From positions 40,486,001-40,550,000 of the forward strand of contig OZ024741.1 of the NCBI GenBank assembly GCA_964016885.1: DNA of 64,000 nucleotides, in the 5' to 3' direction. Under the pieces are notes generated by a model that saw only the letters and a program-made list of their open reading frames with translations, searched no databases and was not told the DNA's origin. The position numbers and the translations under genes were made by a program. Source of the DNA: Eledone cirrhosa. Lineage: Eukaryota. Positions 49,387 to 64,000 of the stretch are shown here, in pieces (the first letter of the stretch is position 1; each line of letters starts with the position of its first letter).

Positions 49387-51676
49387 ACACAGCACACACA
49401 TACAGGCAAACAAAATAACACAAGACAGGGAGGAGAAACCGATAGTAATAAAAATTATCAATCTTACTAGTGCAGAACCAACACCCAACCTTATCAACTT
49501 ACTCTCCAAAGGTCTTAAATTCACACCGACCCCACTACATCCTAACTACTATGAAATGAAGGAAGACATCACAGACTTCTGTAGAAAGTTACGACTTAGT
49601 GAACAACTATTCGACCAGTACAATGAGGATGAATCATTAGCCAGAAATAGAAGCAATTACACCCCTTAAAAAGGTAGAAATAAAATCCTGGACGAATTCT
49701 GTGAACACATCACAAACTTCCCTTACCAACACTTGCACAGACAAAAACACAAGCCAAACCTCAACAAGAAAGAATGGGAAGAATTAAATAGATTAAAAAC
49801 CGACAGAACCATTACAATTAAAGAGGCTGATAAAGGGAGTACAGTAGTCCTAATGGAGACAGAATTCTATATCAACTTAGCGCTCTCCACTTTGGAAAAC
49901 GAAACATACTACGAAAAGGCTGAACACTACAATCAACAGAAAATTATGAGAAACCTAAAAACTCTAATCAACCAATACAAAGAAGGACTCACTAACAAGG
50001 AATTCAGCTTCATCAAAGACTTCACAAGTAAATCCAGCCTTTTCTACGGTATCCCTAAAGTACATAAAAGCGAATCAATAAGTAAGGCATGCAAGGAAGC
50101 CACAGACATAGTCATCAATGTCCCCTCACCCAATGATCTCAAATTAAGACCTATAATAGCAGGCCCCGCTTGCGAAACCCACCGCCTTAGCAACTTCATT
50201 GATACCCTTCTCAAACCCTTCCTCAAACACATCAAAAGCTATATAAGGGACGACCTAGATATGCTCAATCACCTCCCTAATATGCCACTTTCTGAACAAA
50301 CCCTACTAGTGACGTTCGATGTAGTCAACCTATACTCCAACATCCCCCACAACCTAGGAATAGAAGCTATCCAATTCTGGCTGGATAATTTCCACAATGA
50401 ACTCCCACAACGCATCAAAAAAGAATTCGTGATAGAGGGACTCAAATTTATCTTGGAGAACAATTACTTCGCTTTCAATAACAAACCCTACAGGCAGAAA
50501 TCTGGGACCGCTATGGGAACGAAAACAGCCCCCACTTATGCCAACCTAGTCATGGGATACCTGGAAATCACCCTCTACACTAAAGTCCTAAACAAATTTG
50601 GAAACACCCTCCACTTACACATTGAAAGGAACTGGAAGCGATATCTAGATGACTGCTTCATCCTTTGGCACGAAAACATCGAACAACTTAAAGAATTTCA
50701 CACTCTTATAAATGGGCTCAACACGAATATTAACTTCACGATGGAATACAGCCATCAACAACTCCCCTTCCTCGACATCCTCATTAAGATCCATAACAAA
50801 AAAATAGAAACAGACATATACTACAAGCCCACAGACTCCAAGCAATATCTCCCTTTCAACTCTTGCCACCCTAGACACGTTAAAATTAATATTCCCTACA
50901 ACTTAGCCAAGAGAATCTGCTACTTACGGCTACAAGAACTAAAGGACACACTCATAGGCAGGGACTACCCTGCATCACTAATTGACAATGGAATCCAACG
51001 TGCCCTAAAACTCAGTACCCAGGACCTTAGACACCCTAAAGTAAATCAACCGAAACTAAAAGCTCTTCCATACATCTCCACACACAACCCCCTCAACAAT
51101 GAGGCCTTTGATACCATCCTCCAGAACATCCCTGTGTTGAAAAAGGACCATAGAATGAACCAAATCCTACGAACACACGATATCATAAAGAGCAAAAGAC
51201 AATCCAAGTCAATGAAAAACATCCTAACACATGCCAAAGTACTGCCAACCACAACAACGAAACCCACAGTAAAAAAATGCGATAGACCCAACTGTGGCAT
51301 TTGCATCAACCTAATAGAGGGTTCGGAATTCTATTTCAAAGAAGGACAACGTTTTATAGTAAAACACAATTTCACATGTGCATCGGAAAATCTAATATAT
51401 GTATTAACTTGCTCAGGTTGTCGAGAACAATACATAGGCCAGACCAAAAACAGCCTCCGCCAACGCATGACTGTCCATAGATCCCAAATTAAAATACGGG
51501 AATACAGGAAAATACCACTGAGTGAACACATTGATACCTGTGCCGCCCAAAATCATCCCAACTTCAGAATCTTTCCCCTCTACAAATTTAAAGATAATGC
51601 CACCCACACCCAGCGCATCAGCAAGGAATCTTACTTCATTAACAAATACGGACCCCGTCTAAACACTTCTCCCTAA
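49382..51676 (+). pseudogene. PLE reverse transcriptase plus GIY-YIG endonuclease; one premature TAA at 49667
   Basis: IINLT, LSKGLKFTP, ADKGS, YGIPKVHK, RPII, FDVVNLY, QKSGTAMG, RYLDD, FLD; linker CDRPNCGIC; NLIY..TCSGC..QYIGQT; apparent in-frame deletion after AKRIC. Confidence 0.92.
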
Positions 51677-51794
51677 GACGAACCCACAACATACACACGT
51701 CAACATACATACCTACATCAGCACACATCTCTACCCACATATAAACACAATGACATACGTAAACACACATGCTCTATGGTGCAACACAAAAAAA

Positions 51795-51828
<34 letters not shown>

Positions 51829-52174
51829 GTGAATATATGTATGTGTATATATATATAGTGAATATCATTTCACACCTTTTATTGTTAAGATTTTTGATGT
51901 TCTATTAAGAGAACCGATTTTACTGAAAAAATCGAATAATGTACACCATTTTACCAGGGGGGAAAAAAATACTGGTCCACCCACCCACACACACACACAC
52001 ACACATATATACACACACACATACACACGCGTACATTAACATACAAAGAGACTTATACACACACACACACACACACACGCACTTCTCCGTATAAGACAAA
52101 AGCTGAAAAATATCTTTTGACATGCTTACAGACACATTCTTACTGACCAACCCTGCTACCACGAATTACTCTGC

Positions 52175-52291
<117 letters not shown>

Positions 52292-52407
52292 ATCTTAATA
52301 GCCATTTGACACACATCCCTGCTAACCATTATCACAACATCGAACACCTTACTACTACTACACACACACACACACACACATATTTGTTGTGAAAGAGTAA
52401 TTTCTCA

Positions 52408-52653
52408 ATCTTGGCGCAAAACCAATTTTTTATTCACATGACCTCTACCGACCAATCAAAATTGTTTTGACCACAAGAATTTTTGCAAACACCAAGTAGC
52501 GCTGGAGCCACTTTTTTAACATAAAAACAGTCTTGGCGCAAAATCAATTTTTTACATTCACATGACCTCTACCGACCAATCAAAATTGTTTTGACCACAA
52601 GAATTTTTGCAACACCAAAGTAGCGCTGGAGCCACTTTTTTAACATAAAAACA
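52408..52653. repeat. Two tandem ~123-bp units in the PLE 3' region
   Basis: TCTTGGCGCAAAA...CACATGACCTCTACCGACCAATCAAAA...CATAAAAACAG twice. Confidence 0.9.
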
Positions 52654-52914
52654 GGTAGAATTCCCAAAACTAATCAGATCAGAGCAAACAACACGGACAC
52701 TCTATCTCAAAATTATTTTTGAAAAGCATTTAGAAATGCGCAACCGGTAAAAACTTAAAAACTTAAAACCACAACTGAATACTAACCCATACAATTACTA
52801 ATACTCTTTTATTCCTAATTAAACCATTTTTCAACTGTGAACAATTTGTCAGCATTTTCTATTCCGTTTACCAATATATAATAACTTGTGTGTTACACCT
52901 CTATTCTTTTAACT

Positions 52915-52985
<71 letters not shown>

Positions 52986-53023
52986 CATAAATACATACAT
53001 ACATACATACATACATACATACA

Positions 53024-53059
<36 letters not shown>

Positions 53060-53296
53060 TATGTATATATATATATATATGCATATATGTGTTTTGTGTG
53101 GGCGTGAGTTTTCACGTGCGTGTGTATTTGCGTATGTGTTCCCTTTTATGTATATGTGTGTACACAAACGCATTTTTCTAACAAATTTCCGTTTACTCTT
53201 CGATACTAATTGTAACTTACAAACGACTATATATAAAAAATTAGTTAATAGATTTAACAGTCTTAAATTTTAATAAGCAACGTTTTAGTACATTAG

Positions 53297-53960
53297 TTAC
53301 ACATATACACACACATAGATGTGGAAGACACGCACACATATACACACATAGATGTGGAAGACACGCACACATATACACACACATAGATGTGGAAGACACG
53401 CACACATATACACACATAGATGTGGAAGACACGCACACATATACACACACATAGATGTAGAAGACACGCACACATATACACACATACATGTGGAAGAACA
53501 CGCACACATATACACACACATAGATGTGGAAGACACGCACACATATACACACATAGATGTGGAAGACACGCACACATATATACACATAGATGTGGAAGAA
53601 CACGCACACATATACACACACATAGATGTGGAATAACACGCACACATATACACACATATAGATGTGGAAGACACGCACACATATACACACACATAGATGT
53701 GGAATAACACGCACACATATACACACATATAGATGTGGAAGACACGCACACATATACACACATGGATGTGGAATAACACGCACACATATACACACACATA
53801 GATGTGGAAGACACGCACACATATACACACATAGATGTGGAAGAACACGCACACATATACAAACACATAGATGTGGAAGACACGCACACATATACACACA
53901 CATAGATGTGGAAGAACACGCACACATACACACACATAGATGTGGAAGAACACACACACA
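53297..53960. repeat. ~33-36 bp minisatellite (CACACATAGATGTGGAAGACACGCACACATATA)
   Basis: About 19 tandem units read directly. Confidence 0.95.
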
Positions 53961-54006
53961 TCTACTTCTCTATCTTTTACTTATTTTAATTTTATATCAT
54001 TATAAT

Positions 54007-54189
54007 TGGATTGGCAGAATCGGTAGAGCGCCGGGCACCGTGTTTGCAGCATAGTTGCGACCCTTTGCCTTCAGAGTTCAAATCCCGCCGAGGTTAACTT
54101 TGCCTTTCATCCTTACGGGGTCAATAAAATACAGTACCAGTAATGTACTCGGATAATTGCTGGCCTTGTGCCAAACGTAGAAACAATAT
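54007..54189 (+). mobile_element. tRNA-derived SINE (main family)
   Basis: Head, B box, central domain and tail. Confidence 0.85.
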
Positions 54190-54744
54190 TAACAACGTAT
54201 GTTAACATTGTCTAGCGTCCTGAAACCTTTGGTAATGGAATAGTTATATATTGTGTTCACTTTCTAATTAAATAGCTCTGTTCTATACATAGAGCACTCT
54301 TTTTTCCTTTGCTTTTTCTTCGGAAATACTTAACATATATGTATATCTATATATATAAAACTGAGGTTGTCTGTCTGTCTGTCTACTAAAACGGTCGGCG
54401 CACATCTCCTCTTAAACCATACGTTCAAAATTCGGTGAAATTGCTACACTTATAGATGAAGGTCCGGCGGAGACATCGGTCAAAACATTTTTCAAATCGA
54501 CCCACGCCAAGTGCAAAAATCGAATTTGTAATGTATTGATTTTTCAGTTCAAATGTATAAATAGAGATGAGAGACGAGTTATTTCCCTTTTAAGGCGTTA
54601 TTTGTTTATATATTTACGTTATGAATAAACTACGCGTACAAAAATACGCGAACAGTTTTCGGGCCTGCAAAATTCATGAGTTCGAAGTTTCAACATTAAG
54701 CTTCCATTTTGCTTCATTTCCATTAAAAAGTCTTTAAAACAATA

Positions 54745-54900
54745 TTTCAGCGCATCAGCCTCGCCATCACCTGAGGCAACGCTGCGAGTATGCTGGCTTG
54801 CCTCAAAATTAGAGAGGTTGCCCAGTACTCGCGACGTTGCTGTCTTTTGCTCTGGTGTTGGCTCCGTTGTTCATCCCTTCCTTTGCATTTTCTTTAATAT
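54745..54900 (+). mobile_element. Short CRE-like 3' fragment
   Basis: Similar to 39070-39230 (TCAGCCTCGCCATCACC...AACGCTGCGAG). Confidence 0.7.
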
Positions 54901-55223
54901 TGTAGTTTATGTATATATTTAAAATATATTTGTTATGTTATTCTACTGTAAATGTATTTATATGCTCTGTTTATACCCTAAAAAATCTATGAAACTACAT
55001 ACAACTCTCTCTATATATATATATATCACACACACACATATACATATACATCTAAAGAGAGAAAGGGAGATGTAGAGAGAGAGAGAGTGAGATAGTCGTT
55101 ATACAGAGATAGGTACAAGATAATCAGATAGAGATACAGAGAGAGAGAGAGAGAGAGATCTGCGCGTTCTTTATTGTTCTCCATTCTGCAGGAGGAAGAG
55201 AGAGAGAGGGGGTATGAGTGAGT

Positions 55224-55264
<41 letters not shown>

Positions 55265-55574
55265 TATGAGAAAAAAGGGAGAGGGGTTGAGAAAGAAAGA
55301 AAGTTTAAGCAAAGAATCGCTGCTGTCAATATTAACGGGATCTTCAGAAACTAATAAATTCTATCTGTGGACACAGAATTAAATGTTGCAACGGAAGGAA
55401 ATCAGGAAGACGATATTTTGGTTCGTGAAGACGTTCCCTGGTAATGAACGGAAAAAAGACCAAGTTTATGGTGTAAATGGAGTCGTTATTTAAAATAACC
55501 GAATGATTTCCAGCTCCGGAGTTTAAGAATGATGTAAATAAAATTGTAAACGAAAATGATAGAGGTTATTAAAA

Positions 55575-55683
55575 TAGTTGTTTCTACTTTTGGCATAAGG
55601 CCAGCAAATACCCAGTACATTACTGGTACTTTATTTTATCGACCCCGTAAGGATGAAAGGCAAAGTTAACCTCGACGGGATTT
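55575..55683 (-). mobile_element. SINE 3' half (main family)
   Basis: Central domain and tail on the minus strand. Confidence 0.8.
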
Positions 55684-56682
55684 TAACTTTGCCTTAAAAT
55701 AGTAAAAGTAAATAGTGAAAATTTAGGCCAGTACATACGTATGCACCGACGGACATACACATACATATAATACGCACACACAAATACATACACACACACA
55801 CACACACAGACACATACACACGCACACACACACACGCGCGCGCGCGTGTGTGTGTAAACCTTATGCATTTCTACAGTATTTTCCCAAACTTAAGACATAG
55901 GTTACTTATGTACTCCGGATGTCATGGGCACTTTCATTTTTCCAGATATTGATTATAGGGCCTCTCGGCACATAACCCCCTTTAACCACTTCCTTGGAGT
56001 CGACTGAAGCACTGCAGTGCAATGCAACAAAACGTCATAACTTCTGGAGTTCGCAACCGATTTTCACAAAACTTGACACATGGACTACGTTTGTTCTACA
56101 GATTAATGTGAACTCTCAGAATTGGAACATATTGAGTAGGGGACCCCTGGGGGCGGGAACCCCATTTTGGAAAAAGACGATGATTTTGTAAAAGTATAGT
56201 TTTCCAAGTAGCACTGAAGTATTGACATAAATGGTATACATAACTGGTATTTAATACCCGAGAAACGCCGGGTACCTCTGCTAATATATATATATATATA
56301 TATATATATCCTTCCATTTAAGTGTCTTATTTTCTGTCTCTCTTTTTCTCCCTCACAACATATGTCCCACATCTCTCTCTCACTCTCTCTCTCTCACTCT
56401 CTCACTCTCTCTCTCTCTCACTCTCTCTGTCTCACCATCTATCTATCGCTATCTCTATCCCTCCACCTCTTTCAGTACCAAACCCACACATATTTAACGT
56501 CGAAGCTAAGTATCGTGTTGCAATTAAATTAAGTGTGTCTAGAGTTTAATATATATACTAAAGAAAGGCCAGTATATTCAATGTTCAAATTTATAGGAGC
56601 TATTCACATGAATAAAATCATATATGTGTGTATATATCCATATACACATGCATATATATAAATGCACACACACGCACACACA

Positions 56683-56719
<37 letters not shown>

Positions 56720-56851
56720 GAATATATATATATATAGAGAGAGAGGGGGATAGAGAGAGAGAGAGAAAGAGAGTGAGAGAGAGTCTGCGGTGCTGTGACG
56801 ATGGAGACCACAAACCGAAACCACTTGGCGTCGTGGTCGGGTCCATACCCC

Positions 56852-56905
<54 letters not shown>

Positions 56906-56913
56906 TTATATAT

Positions 56914-56971
<58 letters not shown>

Positions 56972-56973
56972 TC

Positions 56974-57004
<31 letters not shown>

Positions 57005-57048
57005 TATGTGAGTGTGTGTGTACGTATTTATGTATATATATATATATG

Positions 57049-57087
<39 letters not shown>

Positions 57088-57092
57088 ATATG

Positions 57093-57124
<32 letters not shown>

Positions 57125-57131
57125 TATATGC

Positions 57132-57192
<61 letters not shown>

Positions 57193-57249
57193 TATATGTA
57201 TGTATGTATATATGTATGTATATATATATATATATATACATACATATAT

Positions 57250-57703
57250 AAGGGCAAAGGAGCTCTTAAGAGTCAATGGCCATCCAAAATCACCGGGAGA
57301 GATGACCCCTTAGCCTTTGTCAAGGCAGAATTCTAGGAGAAGGAAAACTCTGATATAACACCTGCAACCCTGATGGTATCCAATGATGTTGACTTGTTCT
57401 TCTTTTTGGTAAATATCATCTTGGTTAAGAGAGTGGGACTGGCTTTGTGCAGTGCCTTTGCTCACTATAAAAGCTTCACGGCACAGGCATTGCTTTATAT
57501 CTGGAGATCTCTCTGCACTTGTCGTCACATGGTACCATGGGCCCAGCACTATGTGTCAGTAATTGTCACAAGTGTAGTGTTTGTACCAGAGTTTTCAAGT
57601 CACTGGCTGGACTAAAAAGTCACACTCGTTCAGCGCATCGGTAGGGGTTCTCCTACATGGATATAAAGTAGTGGCCGTACTCGAAAACGAGTTGGCAGCC
57701 ACC

Positions 57704-57704
<1 letters not shown>
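57250..57704 (+). mobile_element. Family A, truncated copy
   Basis: Reverse complement of ~30127-30582. Confidence 0.85.
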
Positions 57705-57758
<54 letters not shown>

Positions 57759-57806
57759 TATATGTATGTATGTATATATATATGTATGTATATATATATA
57801 TATATG

Positions 57807-57853
<47 letters not shown>

Positions 57854-57858
<5 letters not shown>

Positions 57859-58060
57859 AACAAGTATGACCCCGACGGCAGAGCTCAAGCCGTTTCGACG
57901 GCTAATTCTGGACTTTTTTAGTCCAGAATTAGCCGTCGAAACGGCTTGAGCTCTGCCGTGGGGGTCATACTTGTTCCTATTACCCACTCTACTACCTCAA
58001 GTATTGAGTACTTTGGTGCGTTATGGTCCATCTGGTTCCTTACCACATTTCCTTCGTTAT
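57854..58060 (+). mobile_element. Family B, copy 3
   Basis: Palindrome 57854-57980 (5-nt loop, one mismatch) plus the same tail. Confidence 0.85.
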
Positions 58061-58067
58061 ATATATA

Positions 58068-59165
<1,098 letters not shown>

Positions 59166-59212
59166 GTGTGTGTGTGTATGTATGTATATATGTATGTATA
59201 TATGTATATATA

Positions 59213-59851
59213 TAGCACCAACTGGTGACCTGACATATATACATATACATATACATATACAAAACTGGTAACATGTATCCCAGTACAACCTGTCTCATGG
59301 TCGGGTCGCTGGCGACTAAACTGGCAACCCCACCAAGGTTTCTTTGTGAGGAGGGTGACTTTGGACATCCTGCAGGACTAAAAACAAAACCTGTCAAAGG
59401 GCAAAGGAGCTCTTAAGAGTCAATGGCCATCCAAAATCACCGGGAGAGATGACCCCTTAGCCTTTGTCAAGGCAGAATTCTAGGAGAAGGAAAACTCTGA
59501 TATAACACCTGCAACCCTGATGGTATCCAATGATGTTGACTTGTTCTTCTTTTTGGTAAATATCATCTTGGTTAAGAGAGTGGGACTGGCTTTGTGCAGT
59601 GCCTTTGCTCACTATAAAAGCTTCACGGCACAGGCATTGCTTTATATCTGGAGATCTCTCTGCACTTGTCGTCACATGGTACCATGGGCCCAGCACTATG
59701 TGTCAATAATTGTCACAAGTGTAGTGTTTGTACCAGAGTTATCAAGTCACTGGCTGGACTAAAAAGTCACACTCGTTCAGCGCATCGGTAGGGGTTCTCC
59801 TACATGGATATAAAGTAGTGGCCGTACTCGAAAACGAGTTGGCAGCCACCA
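59213..59851 (+). mobile_element. Family A, full copy with an inverted 5' tip
   Basis: 59264-59851 is the reverse complement of the 30127 copy; 59213-59234 is in the opposite orientation. Confidence 0.85.
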
Positions 59852-59874
59852 TATATATATATATATATACATGA

Positions 59875-60018
<144 letters not shown>

Positions 60019-60144
60019 CACATATATCTAAGGTTATCCCGAGGGAGAACATACTGACCTGACATCGAGGTTTCGAGCTAGTTGTGTACCGTTTCCGTCA
60101 ACAGTCGTCATAATCACATGAAGGGTTTCTCACGTTACTTGTAT

Positions 60145-61196
60145 GTTAATTGTTGTTGTTGTTGTTGTTATTGTTGTCGTCGTCACCACCGCCGTTGTTG
60201 TTGTTATGGTTGTGTTGGTCGTAATTTTGCTGTTGGCGTCGTTGTTATTGTTGTTGTTGGTGGCGGTGGTGGTGGTGGAGCTGGTGGTGGTGCAGGTGCT
60301 GGTGGTGGTATTGGTGGTGGTAATAGTGGTAGTAGTGGTAGTAGTAGTGGTGGTGGTGGTGGTGGTGGTGGTGTAGTGGTGGTGGTAGTGGTGGTGGTAG
60401 TGGTGGTGGTAGTGGTGGTGTTGGTGGTGGTGTAGTGGTGGTAGTGGTGGTGGTGCTGCTAGTGGTACTGCTGGTTGTTCTGGGGTGGTGGTGGTGGTGG
60501 TAGTGGTGGTGGTGGTGGTAGTGGGGGGGGGGGGGGTTGTAGTGGTGGTGCTGGTGGTAGTGTCATGGTGGTAGTGGTGGTGGTGGTGGTAGTAGTGGTG
60601 GTGCTGGTGTCGTGGTGGTAGTGGTGGTGGTGGTGGTGGTGCCGGTGGTGGTGGTGATGGTGATGGTGGTGGTGTGGTGTGGTGGTGGTGCTGGTGATGG
60701 TAGTGGTGGTGGTAGTGGTGGTAGTGGTGGTGGTGGTGGTAGTGGTGGTGGTAGTGGTGGTGGTGCTGGTGATGGTAGTGGTGGTGCTGGTGTGGTGGTG
60801 GTGGTGGTGATGGTGATGGTGTGGTGGTGGTGGTGCTGGTGATGGTAGTGGTGGTGGTAGTGGTGGTGGTTGTGGTGGTGGTGGTAGTGGTAGTGGGGGT
60901 GGTAGTGGTGGTGGTTGTGGTGGTGGTGGTGGTAGTGCTGGTGCTGGTGGTAGTAGTGGTGGTGGTGATAGTGGTAGTAGTGGTAGTGGTGGTGGTGGTG
61001 CTGGTGCTGGTGCTGGTGGTGCAGGTGCTGGTGGTGGTATTGGTGGTGGTGATAGTGGTAGTAGTGGTAGTAGTAGTGGTGGTGGTGGTGGTGCTGGTGC
61101 TGGTGGTGCAGGTGCTGGTGGTGGTAGTGGTGGTGGTGATAGTGGTAGTAGTGGTAGTAGTAGTGGTGGTGGTGGTCGTCGTCGTCGCCGTCGTCA
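60145..61196. repeat. (GTT)n/(GGT)n low-complexity tract
   Basis: Direct reading. Confidence 0.92.
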
Positions 61197-61798
61197 TAAT
61201 CTTCAGTTTGATCCAAATCATTTTTATGTTTCGGGCCAATTTACACTTCGTCTGAGATTGAAGAAGAGAGAGGTAATGGTGTTGTGTCTTTGGTTGAAAT
61301 AATGCTCCACTGTAATTTACGGTAATGTGTCCTTCATTTAAGAAGATAGGCCATGACTGGAGGTAGAATTGGTCGACACTTAGGGCAAGCAATTACGTAG
61401 AGACAAGTAATATCCGTACTAAATCTCCGAGGGTGTTACTTCGACAATGTACATGAATAAAGTATTATATATAAGAATATATATTTGATACTCCAGTAAA
61501 ATAACTCGGGCTTTTTATACACCATTTAGGTGTATAAAACTCGGATTTAGGTTCCAAACGGGAAAAATAGTTTCTACGTTTGTCCAGCCACAGAAAGAAC
61601 TTGGGCCACGTATAAGTAGCTTTTTGGTTGTTATTGTACACTGTATTTTTATCTCCTCCCTTCTAGTTTTGTAATTAAAGATGGTTTTCCGACGAGGAAA
61701 ATACAGTAGTAGAGAAGGTATATACTTATTTCGTATAGAAATGACTTCTATAGGACTTAAACTGTTTCATGCCTTTGCAAACATGCTTATACATATAT

Positions 61799-62004
61799 AT
61801 AACAGATTAAAGTTTAAGCAAAGAATCGCTGCTTTCACCCTTAACGGGATCTTCTTGTTTCAGAAGGGTGAAAGCAGCGATTCTTTGCTTAAACTTTAAT
61901 CTGTTATTTTAATAAATATTTGCTCTACGGTTCTTATATATCTGATAAATATTTATCCTTATCGAACCCTTTGGATTTTAGTCTTCATATTTATTATTAT
62001 TACT
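61799..62004 (+). mobile_element. Fold-back plus tail element
   Basis: 44-bp perfect arms 61799-61842 / 61864-61907, then ~95-bp tail; part of the arm recurs at 55300-55345. Confidence 0.75.
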
Positions 62005-62026
62005 ATATATATATATATATATATAA

Positions 62027-62803
<777 letters not shown>

Positions 62804-63010
62804 CTCATTAAAAAGTCATTTGTATCTAATACTTAGACATCTTAATGAATGGATAAGATATACAGATAAAATATCACTCTGAGAAGCAATATTACATATT
62901 AAACTTAGGCCAAAAAACTCTATTTAGAGGAGTATAAGTCAGACAGCCAAGAATAAGGAAGTCTCATTCCTATAAATATTCTCCCTATCATGGTTTCAAA
63001 AACGAAAGAA

Positions 63011-63200
63011 ATAATTGTTTCTACTTTAGGCACAAGGCCAGCAATTACCCAGTACATTACTGGTACTTTATTTTATCGACCCCGTAAGGATGAAAGGCAC
63101 AGTCAACCTCGGCGGGATTTGAACTCAGATCGTAAAGGGACGTAACTATGCTGGAAAGCATGGCGTCCGACCCTCTACCGATTCTGTCAATCCACCGCCT
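63011..63200 (-). mobile_element. tRNA-derived SINE (main family)
   Basis: Head, B box, central domain and tail on the minus strand. Confidence 0.88.
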
Positions 63201-63234
63201 TGGAATAACTAATACTGGAAGAATTCATTTTTTC

Positions 63235-63984
63235 TTCAAAAGAACGCGATTAACATGAGATTGACTTTGGACTTCGACAGTGTTGCTTTCTTCGACCTCG
63301 GTGACACCGGAATCATATATTGAAGGCTCTGGTGCTGGTTCTCCGGGTCGTATTCGAAGATCCATGACTTATCACCAGTGATGACTCTCCCCAGCAACTT
63401 TGGTTCGGTCTCAAGACACTCGAGGATGTCCCGATATGCCTGCATGCACCGCATCTTCTAGTCATCGTTCAACAACTTCGGCACTATGTTCCACATACCC
63501 AAATCTTCGGTGATAATCTTCCAAACGCTGTGGCAGTTCATACTCAACTTACTTGCGATTAGTTAAACAGTCGGCCGATGATCGTCACGCACCATCTGCC
63601 TCACGGGCTCAACGTTGGCCACAGTCCTACTCGTTGAAGGCCTTTCACCCCTGGAGTTATCTTCCATGTCCTCGTATCCCTCTTTGAACCTTTTGTGCCA
63701 CTCGAAAACACGTGAGCGCGACATCCTCTCATCTCTGTACACTTGCTGCAGTATTCTGGAACAGAAACTTCAGGTTGTTTCGTTGCTCGGTGGCCATCGC
63801 CCCACGACCTAAAATTGAAAAGTTGTTAACAAAAGCACGTAAAAATCATGCAATGCCTAGAGAGAGCTGAGATCGCAGTTATATACTCCTCCAATATTAC
63901 ATCACATGGTGACGCAACTTCCTAATCTCTACCCACTCATAGCTCACACAGTACATTAAGTCCTTATACGCTTCTGACATCTCG
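63235..63984 (-). mobile_element. Mariner transposon, truncated and frameshifted
   Basis: RVITGDKSWIFEYDPE...KSKVNLMLIAFF (first catalytic D region); TA|CGAG terminus at 63984. Confidence 0.85.
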
Positions 63985-64000
63985 TATATATATATATATA

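Larger units (their letters stand above)
54346..56284 (+). mobile_element. Non-autonomous Helitron termini; may be one composite element or two
   Basis: 5' A|TCTATATATATAAAA...(CTGT)n at 54346; 3' hairpin TACCCG..CGGGTA (56255-56274) plus CTAA|T. Confidence 0.55.

Noticed and set aside
49667-49669. Selenocysteine or readthrough codon in the PLE ORF
   Set aside because: The stop is TAA, not TGA, and the element is not of the N-terminal endonuclease type known to use Sec

Overview
AT-rich eukaryotic genomic DNA, most likely octopus/cephalopod (inferred from the SINE families and the extreme (TA)n/(CA)n/(GGT)n load). I found no convincing host protein-coding gene: the window is almost all transposon-derived or simple-repeat DNA. 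Main contents: the 3' part of a Tx1/L1 LINE (1-1386); Penelope-like elements (PLEs) of three types, including a near-complete Neptune-type RT+GIY-YIG element (48294-52918) bracketed by a ~437-bp inverted repeat; a 15.5-kb, 48-bp satellite (323 monomers) that continues in frame from the C-terminus of a decayed RTE-like LINE; Helitron termini, one element carrying a spliced STPR-repeat mini-ORF; RTE, CRE and mariner fragments; MITEs; and many tRNA-derived SINEs. The most interesting signal is a set of small non-coding elements sitting in (TA)n tracts that carry hammerhead ribozymes (HHR) and/or fold-back arms plus a tail. The best example is a retrozyme-like element (27350-28363) with two intact type I HHRs exactly 631 nt apart. 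All calls are by eye; no searches or folding programs were run.
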